DNA of 64,000 nt from Raillietiella orientalis (Eukaryota): NCBI GenBank assembly GCA_036172245.1, contig JAYWIR010000005.1:248001-312000 (forward strand), written 5' to 3'. The position numbers and the translations under genes are program-made. Below, piece by piece: positions 21,101-33,300 of this stretch. The notes under the pieces are model-generated. The model made no database searches. It was not told the origin of the DNA and saw nothing but the letters and a program-made list of their open reading frames with translations. The stretch's first letter is position 1. Each line of letters opens with the position of its first letter.

Positions 21101-23615
21101 TTTATACAGTACTATACCTTGTTCAATAACATCCAAACATTCCCCACAAAAATCGGGATGACAGGTTCTGTGACATTTATGTATCATGCAGTTTAGCAGT
21201 TTGTTGCAAACAGAATCACAAACAAATGCAGTTTTATCATTGCATTTCATCATTTTGGATAATTTACCACAACCACATAATCTGCAACCACACATTACAA
21301 TGCTTTGGATTTCAAGTTTTGGTACATACTTTTCTATTCTTGCTATACAAGGGGGGCAAGGTCCAGGATGGCACAACAATGGACACCTATGTACACACAA
21401 TGAATTCAATGATTGCTTGAGACAAGGTTCTCCACATGAATGTGGAATAAAATTTGGATCTAAAGGAGGATTTTTCAGTTTCTGGCAAAAGCAAAAATAA
21501 ACACTAGGAACAACATCCATTGCACTCCTACAGCTTGGACAGTACCACACATCTAGCAAAAAAGCAATAGAGTTAAAAGAAAATAAATATGACAACTGCC
21601 TGATAATAGACACATTTAAAGTAATCTACCACATCTGAAGTCATACAATTAATAAATGATTCAGTAATGATTAAAAGAATCTGAGATACTGAATTTAATT
21701 CCACTGAACCTTTTCATAAGTAATTTATCTGCTTCCCATTTACAGGAAATACTGCCTCTGTTTCCTAATTTGTAATGTGCAGTGAACTGAACTAATTCAT
21801 TAGGAGATAAAAAATTCTTCAAAGATAAATGCCCTTCATCTATATCCACAGTGTGATTGTTTTGTTTCCATAGAGTGCAAACACAATCAGTCCATCCTGT
21901 TCACATACATCTAAGATTATTCCACTGACATTCTGAATTACTGTTCCTGGAGGAATACACTTAGGCCTCTTTCCTTTCCACACAGCCACAGCCTTCCACT
22001 TAATATTAAATGAATTTTCTCTTAAATTCGGAGCTGCATCAGAGCAAACAGAATCTCCAGTCTTTCAAACAGAAAAAAGATAGAGATCTCATAATCTAAG
22101 CCAACAGTCACATGTGATTTTTTTTGCTTCTACCTTTATGATATTTTATTTCCCTTATGCTTCTCCTAAATTCAAAACCTATATCTGGAACAAACTAATT
22201 CAAAAATTAGTAAGCCCACTTCTGAAATGACTATAAACTCAATGAAAAATGTCTGTTCCAAGATTTGTGGCTCTAAGATCCCACAATAAATTGAAAAAAA
22301 AAAAAACAGAAAGTGTCTTCAAACAATGTACAACACTTACATAATCCTTTATACTGAATAGTGGCAAATTTTGAAACCTGGGATTCATGGTAAACAGACA
22401 AATCAGCATAACAAAAGGGGCACTATTCTATGTACCACATATGGTTGATCAAATATAAAAGCCAAAAAACCGATGCATCAAACCAGAACGTATTTAAAAT
22501 GATAATATGATGAACAAACAAATGTGCCATTGATATATGCACATTTATATATACATACACACACATATAAAATACCAGCTAGGATTTGGATATGTTGTCA
22601 TGCATAATAAGCAATCAATGCTGTGAATACATATGGTACATCATCTATTTATATAGCTACCATTGAATACAAGACATGAAATCATGTGGAAAATTGCAAA
22701 AAATCTTTCCCATCCGAACCAAACTTTTTTAAATCGAACTCTTGAAAATTTATCATGACCAAACATACAAAAATGCGCGTATTATTCAGAATGGAAACAT
22801 GGAAACACCCATGGACTACAAAGGCTATCTACTGGAGATCCAAAACTCTCTTGAAGGAGAAACGCCTAAAGTATCTGCTGACTTACATATTCATGGATTT
22901 TCCAAACCTAATGCTTACCCGACTGTCGATGGGAACAGCCTTCAACACAGTACAATTGAATATAATTTTCTGCAAAGTATAATACAAACAATAAATTACC
23001 CATTTTTCCTTGTGTAGCCCATTTTGTGATACAAACAAGATGAAAAATTGTGAAGCACACATTACAACTCCATACAGCAGCACTCCTATGGATTATGTCG
23101 ATGCATATGATACATTCTAATTTTCCAGACTGGATTAAATAAATTAAATGTTCTTGCTGCTGATAGTTCACATCATCATTACAATTATTCCAGTACTTTT
23201 TCGCATACGAAAGCCTCTTTTTGTCTTTGTGATTACCTTTTTGGTAAGTGATTGGTTTTTGTACTCTAGAACTGCATTGTGAGTCTGATCCGTTGTACTT
23301 TTCGTCATTTCCCATCCTCCCAAATAATCTGGAACTGATGGGATTTTCTCTTCCTGCAGTTTTCCAAGAAATTCTGGTGTTAGCATTTGGAGGTTTGCTT
23401 TCAGCGCCCAAATTTGAAGAACCAGTTACGATTTTGGTGCCTCTAGGAATCCCCTGTGATTGTAGGCTACTCATAGAGTTCCTCTGATTGGGAATTACAT
23501 AAAATCTTTCATCCTGGCATGTGAATCTGTGTGCAACAGTTGGGACACTGGACAGTGCACTTGAATTAATCTCCACGCAGTTGTCACCCAAATTTGGGGA
23601 TAAAGAATTACTCAT
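18157..23615 (-). CDS. NFX1: NF-X1-type zinc finger protein (NFX1/shuttle craft-like), about 860 aa, 9 coding exons: 23615-23000, 21552-21330, 21281-21118, 20882-20586, 19625-19465, 19418-19268, 19221-18654, 18605-18407, 18360-18157
   Basis: RING/PHD (ECIICID...VWSCNVCFTIFHLVCITKWA...WYCPSC), PHSCGEPC, repeated CG.H.C...CH.G.C..C NF-X1 fingers, LDCDDECKRLQRNKRMAEAL and a C-terminal R3H domain (HRKFIHEYSSFFGCQSQSFDSNPNRNV). All junctions are GT-AG with consistent phases; total 2583 nt. Confidence 0.95.
21661..22061 (-). pseudogene. Frameshifted ORF fragment nested in NFX1 intron 1 (repeated KW.A motif, unidentified family)
   Basis: 22061-21840 is open for 73 codons (…IKWKAVAVWKGKRPKCIPPGTVIQNVSGIILDVCEQDGLIVFALYGNKTITLWI*). 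It continues in another frame to 21661 (DEGHLSLKNFLSPNELVQFTAHYKLGNRGSISCKWEADKL…). Such long open frames are unusual in this AT-rich intron. Confidence 0.4.
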
Positions 23616-26600
23616 TTCTCAATAATCTGAAATCACATAACAAAGGTGTAAAACATTTGACTGGTTAAGGCATTCGGCAAGAATACATTCCGTTGTCCCG
23701 TTTTTACGACCAAGCATGGTAGAATAATGGAGTCTCTGCCACCAAACCACCTGGATGGTCAGATCTACCACGTCCCAAAGAAGTTTCGAACACGCTCCGG
23801 ACTGAAAAGTTCAAGGAAGGTCTTTACGGAAAAATCAAAATTAAAATCAATACGTTTCGGTATTCAAGTCGCTATGACTGGTTGCCACAGACAGATCAGA
23901 GTAATTCTGTCAATATCACATTAAAATGAAAAATTTTGCATCACCGTTAGAAACACCTAACGCAGTTTCGCAAATTGCCCACGGCATCTTCATAGACATC
24001 AAATTCACAGGAGCTTCTACCTGCCTTTACAAACAAATTACGGATTACTAAATTTATGATGCAATAGATCACAATGCAGCCAATAGAAGATTCAGCTAAG
24101 GTTTAGAAAACAAAACCTCTGCAACTGATTTGCATCAAACGTAGTTTACTTTCGAGTGTCATGCAATAAAGTGCTCTACTATTTCTCTAGGAGCTATCCA
24201 CCAAAATAATGTAACACTCTAAATAACATTAGTATTATGTATATCAATGATGAACCCATATTGATAACTTCGAAATAAGGATCCTGGTTATCCAAGAGCA
24301 ATGGGAGTCAAGCAAACTTCACTTAAGAAGAACCTGATGAATCATGGCGACGAAAATGCCAATAGAAAATGAGAATGAAATTTAAATGGGACCTTAGTGT
24401 AATAAACGATCCTCAGAATGCCGTAAACATTATTAGAGTACACTTTTTAGTGCACACCTTGTCTGGAAAAAAGTTTACACACAATATTTTCATTATCTTA
24501 TTTCAGAAGTACAAGTATTGGACTCGGTGGAAAGGAGATGGATGGATTCTGGAAAACGGTTTGAAGCCGGAGGAGACAGCGGCACTGTCAAGTAGCAACT
24601 AATTCTAAAAAGATGTACTTAATCTTTAGAATCATTTAAGGTTAGCTTGGAATGCAATGAGTCGAGATCCGCTTTCTTGAAATATTTTGGATCAAATTGA
24701 ACTGCAAAATCGGATGAACTGCATGAAGTCGAAGATTTGTTACTACACTATTATACCTAGTAATAAGTTGATTCTTCATTTCAGTAAGCTCACAGAGGAT
24801 CACCAAAGTAGTCAAGAACTTCATTAGCGTTCTGCATTTCGTCTTCTCGGGCCTTTTAACTGATTATCCATTTACGTTGGATGTTCCGCCGATTTTGTCA
24901 TTTTCATCGGCTCAATTGGCTTGTGTATCGTTGGCAAGACTTACCCTTTCGATCTGATACAGAATCCATCAGAAGAATAAACAGCATCAGAATGTGAACC
25001 TTTCCAACTGTTTATTAGCGAAACAGGAAACTGGTTCCCAGGCTTTTGATAATTAAAGATATGAAAGCGAGATGGGTGAAAGCTAAAATTGTTTCTATTT
25101 GGAGCTTACATAATCCGCACATATTCTCTCCGGAAACCAAAAAGGACTGTTGAGGATATCTTACGATCATTCAACCTTGAACATTCAAGGATTGGGGTAA
25201 TCGATGTCTGAGCAAAGGGCACCTGCGTCTAACGCTGAGTTTTGAACCGTGTGGTGAAAAATAATTGAAGGAAATAATCGTAATCAAGACGTTCATTGTG
25301 GCCAACGGTAAAAGCATCGACATCGCTGAAGTCCAACTTCTGTTTTAAACGAAGAATAGTTTGATTCTTCCTGAATCTATCAGCATGTAGTGAAATGACG
25401 AAGTCAATTTTTACGAACATTACTGATTGGGGATTTTACCTACGTTTTCATCCATTCCAGCATATTCTCTAATGGGGCTGCATGCACTTATCTGATTTAA
25501 CTCAGCACGACCATTGATCAGATTTTTCATTCTTCTGTTGAATTTACATTCTGTGACCTTAATCATACATCCCCAGGATCCAAGGCTGTCTTGAGAAGCG
25601 TCTCGAACTGTACGACAGCTTTCTTATCAAGAGCCCAGAAGGGAAAAAAGTCGTATGCAAAAAGTTGATCAGATGTTGAACGTATTCTGAGACTTCAGTA
25701 TTCCCCAAAGCACCACTTTATGAAAGAAGAGGCTGCGCACCACCACAGCCACATCTCATCCTAAGGGTACAGCATTCGAGTCGCTGTTCTTTTCGGTCTA
25801 TGACCAAATGATGCGTGTAGGTATGGAAAACTTGTGGAGTTTTCTCCTCGCAAAGTAATCGATGCAGCCAAAATTTGCCTCAGGCTGCGTGACAGAAATC
25901 TGCAAGACAACCGCTAACACAAGGTGTCAAGGGCGTATGCTATGCAGTACGCGCAATGACCTTCATGCATACGGAGGAATGCGTGGCTAGAAAGTATCTC
26001 ACCCACCGCTTGATGGTCAGCTGGCAGTCAGCTTGCAACAGCTGCTAATCACACACTTTCATTCTCAGAGACGGGGCATTTTAAAACTTGAAAATCACCG
26101 CTGCTAACATTCCAATTCCGACTAACACACCGCGTGCAGTGTGCGGAACTCACTGTTTAGGAGCTGAGTACTTTATTAATGACAACTGGATTGGCTTGGA
26201 TTCGTGGAAGGATTGCTTCGGTACCAAGTGTACACACAAGGAAGTGCTATACAGCAGGGGCACACGGATGACAGTTCATGCGAGTCGCCTGCCTTGCAAC
26301 TACCTACATATCAACTTTCCTCCGCTACATGAGACTTAATGCACAACTTGTGGTCGAATTTCCCATTCAGGATGAAAATGCCAATGGAGTCACGCTGATA
26401 CATCGGGCTAAGGGGCCACGCTGATGACACGCGGCCTCTTCACGGGTGAAAGGATACGCCCGTGAACGCGTGCAGGCGGATGCCACTTGTCAGTGGTTCT
26501 TGGGAACTTGAACGGCAGTCAAGTCACGGTTCTTGGTGACAGTGAAGTGGTGTTTAGAACCTCACAAAACGTGCTTATGACTTCGATATAAATTTCCCCT

Positions 26601-27677
26601 GCAGATGGGATGCTGAGAAATAACAAAAAAAAAAAAAAACACTACATAAAACTAATTCTAGGGTTCTCAAATCGATAGGGTTTTGCAAATGAATGCTTAC
26701 GCTCTTCGTTTTTACTTTGGCAGAGTTAATTTTGGGGGGAATCTGGGTACCATGGGCTTTGGTTTCTGCAAATCGAATGAATTTTCCACTCAAGTTCCAT
26801 GACAGCAGTTTCGACAGAACACACGAAAATACGTGCACGTGTAGTAAAGAACTTTTATTGGTTTCTCATGCAACAAAATTTCAATATTAATAAGAACTGA
26901 TATCAGTCATTGATATTTCCAGAATAAGCACACAAGCACTTCTTGCACAAAGACATCCTGTTGTGATGAGTCTTGCCTGACATGCATCTATAGCATATGG
27001 GTGTTTGAAATTCAAATGACTTAATAGAGATTGCTGCTTTATTTTTTTGCGTGTCACTATCATCTGCTATACATACATGGAGAATACTGGCTATGCAACA
27101 CAAGTGCTCCCAGAAAACAATCTTAGCAGTGACTCACAATAAGTTTTTTTTTTTTTTCCTGTAAAACATCAGTGGAACAAAAATTTATAAATTTAAAGGA
27201 GAATCAATGAAATGTGAAAACTGAGCAAATGCATCATAATGCTCAATTCACCCAGTAATCACATGTGTGACTTGCTAACGAAGAAACATGCACAAACTAA
27301 ATCAATGATGACAAAACTTTTGAAATTCTTTATATCCCAAGGATATTCTTTTTGGTGGCTCACTTGACTCAAGCTATTTGTAATAGTCAATAAGCATGCT
27401 ATTGATATGAGCTAATATGCAGAAAAATGAATTCCTTCGAAATCTGAGATTCACAAGCACTGATTTAAAAAGCACATGCTGTTCAACAGCTATATCAAGG
27501 TTTAGTTTTAAAAACAGTTTATGTAACTGCAGTTTTGCTTATTTTTTACTTGTCACTGATTTTTTCTATTTGTCATAGTTTCAAATAGAATACAACAGTT
27601 TCTTCCCTATGGGGGGCAACAGTATGGGGAACTCAGCACAATTCTCATTTAATACATTATAGCTGCCATGGATAATG

Positions 27678-30312
27678 CTACCGGCACTGTTTAAATCCAC
27701 TTGTACCATCTGGTCCACGTGGTTGTCTCAGTAAATTGGATGTAGGTTTGAGAAGTTCAAATTTTTTTTGTAAATCCATGAATCTGAAACATGAAGATTT
27801 TTGGAAGTCAGGATTACATGAATTAAAATGTACCTTTCTTTATCTTCAGGATATTTAGCTTCACCCATAATCCTCAGTCTTGCTTCCATGTATTCAGCCT
27901 CTCGCTAGATAAAACATAAAAACATTTACCATACATTTATCTTGACTTAACTTTTGCTAGCTAAATTCATGCCAGACCATGCTGATTTGTTTGCATTCAA
28001 GATACAATACATATCTTTTAATATGCTGCCATCTCAACATGATAAAACAAACTTTTAAGAACTGGTTAACCTTATTCCTACTTCAATGCTTACAGTAATT
28101 ATTAATCATTGGCTGCAATAAAACTGCTCAAACACAGAGCCTTAGCTTCTAAGACTCTTCTAAGACTCAACAACTGCAATGCATGTTAGCAGCAAAGGCC
28201 ATCATTATTGCTGCACCAAGTATTTATGAGAACAAGGGCATGTAGGCTGCTGGTACTGAATTCAGTCATACCATGGATCAATATATCAAAGCATATTAAG
28301 CATTTCCTTTGAAAGAATTCTTTGCATTCTGAGCATAATAAAACCTTCCTCAGTCATCGAAAAAATTCAGTGCCCTGCATCATAATCTTCACCTTAAAGC
28401 TTTTATTCTTAAATATTTATTGAAGAAGAATGATTTCAACCATGTACGAGTTAGAACAGAACATTTTAATATTTTGATTTGGGCTAAGTTGAAAACAATA
28501 AACTCAATTACACATCTCAATTTATGCTATGTTCCAATCGAGCAAACTCATCTCTACTGAATGACTTTCTATGTTTTCTCTTAACTGACATGAATTATGA
28601 TGACTGACAGATTAACTGACAGATTTTGAAAATTTCTACCTTCAAGTATTAACAGAAATTTAGATGCTTAATAAGTACTAGAACAAATTTTATTCTCTAA
28701 AAGCAATTCAAGGGTATGATCAGATTGCCTGGCTGAATTTCTAATTTTAACGTTACAAGTCATCCCAGAATTGGTTTGCTGAATTGAAAACTAAATTAAA
28801 TTACAGTCAGTCGATCTACAATCACACTATCAATGCTACAATACACCTGCACACTTTCAGCATTTTTCAAGTAAATAAATTACTTTGGTTTATCTTCTTT
28901 ACCAAAAAAAAAAAAAAAGACAAACCAAACTTACTGCCTACTGTTATACAAAAACAACAGAAAAAAGAAAATACATAAATATTACACAAAAATACGCACA
29001 ACACAAACTTTGCAGAGTTATTGCATACATAAGTGTCATGCACATGAGAAATAGTTCCTAGTTATTATATTTCAAAAAATATAATATAAATATAAATTCA
29101 CAGAAACCTGCTCAAGGGATTTTACAGAAACTTTTGGTTTTTGTAAAAATCCATTTATCACACTGGAATGATCTTCAGAATCTTGTAGACTGTTTTCATT
29201 TCTTTTTAGGATTTTTACTTGAGGTTTTGGAGGCACGTATTGGGTACGATAGTTATCTTCTGCCTGAAGAATAATGGGATGTGAGGCCATGGATGAATAT
29301 AATGATGATCTACAAACATAATTTAAGCAAAAATAATCAAAAATCACACAATACTTAAAATTAAAACTCATTATGGAATTATATACGGTTAATATTCACA
29401 TAATTCAAGTCTAATTAAGTAGTTTTGAATAAAAAACAATGACTTGAAAACAATATAGAACTGGATTACATGAAATTCAGGGATTATAGTTGCGTTCAGG
29501 GTCCAAACACAAGTAAAATTTGATTAATATAAAAAAAATAAACATGAAATGGCAAAACTATTGTTATTATGCACTACACGAAATGTCAATACTAAGAAAT
29601 AATAATTAAAATCTGTAGAAAGTATTTCTTTTAAAACAAATGTATGAAAGACACCTTGTATGGGAAGTTCTTTGAATTTGCAAATCACAGAAATTTTTCA
29701 TAGTTCAAATTATATGAAGAATTGAATTTTCCCAATTTACCAAGAAAATGAATTCGAAAGGCAAAAAGAACTTACTGTTGAGAATTCTCCTGTATTACTG
29801 ACTGTTTGGGCTTGCTGATTTCCTCGTTATTACTCTGCTTGATTGGAATATCCTAAAATTTCGTGTTCAAAATAAAATTGTGAACATCAATCTCACTTAA
29901 GGAGGATACGAGCAGTCGAACTAAAGCAAACTAAACAAAACAAAACTAAACAACACACTGGAAAATTTGCAGTTAACACGATTCTCTCCCCCCTCCCCCT
30001 CCTTCCCCCCTCCCTCCAGATATACTACATATTTCCTTTACGATGCTTTAGAAGAACCAGTTTTGCTACAAAACGCACTACAAGCATAATAAAAAAATCA
30101 ACATGATGGCATGAAGGCAAGGAACGATTACAGTTTGACAAGCACATCCGGAATCGTTAAAATCGCACATCGTTCAAAAATTCCCACAGCATTGTTAACG
30201 TTAGCATACATACATCTTTATATGCTATATCCTCCCAATTATCAAATACACTGTTTTCTATATCTTTTTCAATTGGACACTGATATTTCACTACACCATT
30301 GGTTGCCGCCAT
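27678..30312 (-). CDS. SZRD1: SUZ RNA-binding domain-containing protein 1, 184 aa, 5 exons: 30312-30214, 29852-29776, 29309-29108, 27904-27834, 27783-27678
   Basis: N-terminal VFDNWED; SUZ domain ILQAEDNYRTQYVPPKPQVKILKR...VKSLEQ|REAEYMEARLRIMG; SUZ-C LRQPRGPDGTSGF. GT-AG introns with consistent phases (555 nt). Confidence 0.93.
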
Positions 30313-33300
30313 GTTCAGCTAACATCGCAACTGCCTACACGGGGACTTGACCGAGTTTTTGCTTTTCAACAGTCACCTTGCTTATTTAGCTGCTTCAGTT
30401 TTGCCATTGTTTGTGTGGCTTCAATCAAGCAGAAATCCAGCCAGCGTTTTCTTTTTCTTTTCTTTTCTTTCTATTTCTTTTTTTCTTTCTTTTTTTTCTT
30501 TTTCTTCTGCACGGGATCTACTTATCACATAGAGGGGGGTTTTGTTCCGTTCTGAAAAAAGAGACGAGGAAATTTGGAATTTATTGTCAAACGAAAAGAC
30601 TTCAACCACTTTGCATACAACTCGGGATTAACAGGCACACGGCATTTAAGACTCTGGTGCTTCGTATTGGCCAAGGACGAATGCAGTTTTGTAGAGAGGC
30701 ATTTTAGATGATAGTAGATTTCCTCTCCCCCTCTCTTTCCCTCCTCCCCCCACCCTCCCCTTTATTTAATTGAAATGCATGAAGCCAGTTCTCCCGTTCG
30801 TTTAGGGAAAAGAAAATAACCCTAAGTCGAACCATTAACTGCTTTGTTTCTAGATTGTAAAATATTTTGTCAAAGAAGCAGCAAACATCTCAGGTAGGCA
30901 TCGAATATACCTCATTGTATCGTCAGTCTCATTTGATTCTATAAAATGAATTTTTTTTTTTCTCACCAAGTCTTTATCTACAGCAATGCATTTGTCATGA
31001 AACACAGCAAGTTTACAACTTGTAGCTGCAAGATGACTGCCTTTTCGAAAATCTGAAAGCCTCGGAAGGAAATTCGAATCTCTTGGTACAAAAAATAGTC
31101 AAACCATCCTCCTTAAGATCCAATGCAAACTATCAGCTTACATGAAAAAATTCAGTTTAGTTTATAATACATTAAAATTAGAAGCCCCATTGACCATGTT
31201 ATGGTTAACACGTGGATACAAAATATGGATGAAACCTTAACATTTCCTTCAAATTAATTCATTTCCATGAGCTCATGACAGAAACCATGTCTAACAGAGA
31301 TGGAACGCTTTTCAAGCACCTAGTGTGAACCCGGATTCATGATGATAAAAAAAAAAAAAAAAAGACTTATCAATAATACCCATTACTAAGGGTATTCTTT
31401 TCAATAATTGATGGAATCAGTGCTAATCGAAAGAAATGGGGTATCTGTGGCTCCAAGTATCTGCTTCTGTCTTTGTACGCAACCAATGTTTCATTCAGCT
31501 TGTAACTGTGGGTACAGCCTCAACGTTGGCGTTTCCACAATCTTTGACTGAATTGCTTCTACAATACCTTATCAACAGCTCGCGTCTTTTTGCAAATGCT
31601 GCTCGCAACCGTACATAACACGATTTCATTCCGGAAAACATGAACTCCGGTAAAGTTTCTCAGAAAACAAGTTTGAACAAGAATTGTGGATGGTACTAAA
31701 TTTTGGGGGAAACACTTTGCATTCTTAACAACCCCAAACACTGCAAAACCCACTAATTCCATGTTGCTCTCCCACAGCAACTTATAACAGAAGTGTCGAA
31801 TCAATCCATAACTTTTGAACAACTCAGAAATGACTTGGACATCAAGAAGACTTGGACTTTCAGTTTAAAGGTAGCTTAAATCTATCATTTCTTCGTTTGA
31901 AATCGGGATTAAAACCTTTCTGCTTTGTACATGCTCAGAATGATATATCTTTTTGGTTTCTTTTTCTTACTCTCTAATTTTCGGTTTATCAGTAACCTAT
32001 GGTTAATATCGAAAAGTAGCTGGAAGATATTTCTGATCCTATGATAAAGATAAAATTTACCATATACAAACGCATATAATACTTGTTTTTGGAATTCCTT
32101 AAACACGCTCAGAGATCAAAAAAAAAACATCTTCAACGAAAAGATAAATAAAAATGTTGGAGTCAGCGAATCACAAGCATCTTTATGGTTGTCGGCAAGT
32201 ATCAAATAGAAAAAAATAATGTATTTGCACTCGCAGATCTATAGTAAAGCATTAGGTTGCTCTGAGCCTCAGTTTTAGAGTACTCAAATCGTAGACAAGC
32301 TCTAGTCCCACTACAGACACGTGGGACAGTCATCCATGTCTTTTTCTCATTGAACATTATTTTGATCTTATTGCACATGCATTTAAAGATGGGAAGTCGA
32401 GATTATTTAATGCATTAATTATTTTTAATCATTTTATATTTTTCAATAAAGATTACTCTGAAACCATGGTTTTCCATTTCAAAGGAGTATTCCACCAATT
32501 GGGAAGCATTCAGCGTCGTAGAGAGACAAGACTTATTTTATGAAATCATTGTGTGAAATTCTTTGTTTATTTGCTTATTCCAGTTACTGCAAAAGTGTTT
32601 ATAATTGGGATGTAGTGCTAAACTATAATGACTTCACTGCATGAAAAGTGACTCAATATTTAGTAAATGCTGAAATTTAGCCTCCAAGAACCACTCCAAC
32701 AGGGAAATAAAGGTGATATTTGACTAGAAGCAGATCAATGGATACAACTGTTTAAAGGAAACGCCCTGAAACATTTAAGTTGCCAAATTTTATGTTTGCA
32801 CTAAAAATTTAGTAAGAAATCCAGACTGTGACGATACAGTTTTTTACATTAACGAAATAATCATGTAGGAATCTTTTTCGTGTGGAAGGACTTTTCCAGC
32901 TCAAAACCTAAACAAAGAAGGTCAAAAATAAAGTTTCTTAGAAGAGAGAATCAAATCATACCATGTACCCAGATGCACAGATCGTGGTCAGGTCTTTGGG
33001 GAACTGTTTATAGATCTTTGAACTGCTCCTGAAATAATAGAGGTAAAACGAAACAAATTTTCAGACTCTGAATCAAAATCACGAAGAAGAATTTGAAGCG
33101 ATCTGAAAAATAATGGTTTTTATCACTACAGATTCAAACAGTACATCAAGAAACGAGCGTCTTCTTCAGTGGTTAGCTACATTCATAAAATTCTGCTTTT
33201 TAGGCTTTTTCTAAATATATTTGGTAATGCTTCGAAAAGAGACTTTAAATTTCAGCTTTCTCCTTGGAAGGTTTTTTAATGCATATATGTATATATACCA

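Noticed and set aside
22742..23017. Antisense 91-aa ORF in NFX1 intron 1
   Set aside because: Non-ATG start, no recognisable motif and no splice support.
24247..24337. Possible box C/D snoRNA (ATGATGA ... CTGA, about 90 nt)
   Set aside because: Only about a 3-bp terminal stem, no rRNA-complementary guide I could recognise, and not in a defined host intron. A snoscan run would be needed.
24490..24600. Chromodomain-like peptide KYWTRWKGDGW
   Set aside because: Too short, lacks the TWEP motif and has no supporting exons.
26421..26480. Hammerhead ribozyme or SECIS element
   Set aside because: CUGAUGA is present, but there is no GAAA after stem II and no correctly placed GA quartet partner. Kept only as an unidentified hairpin.
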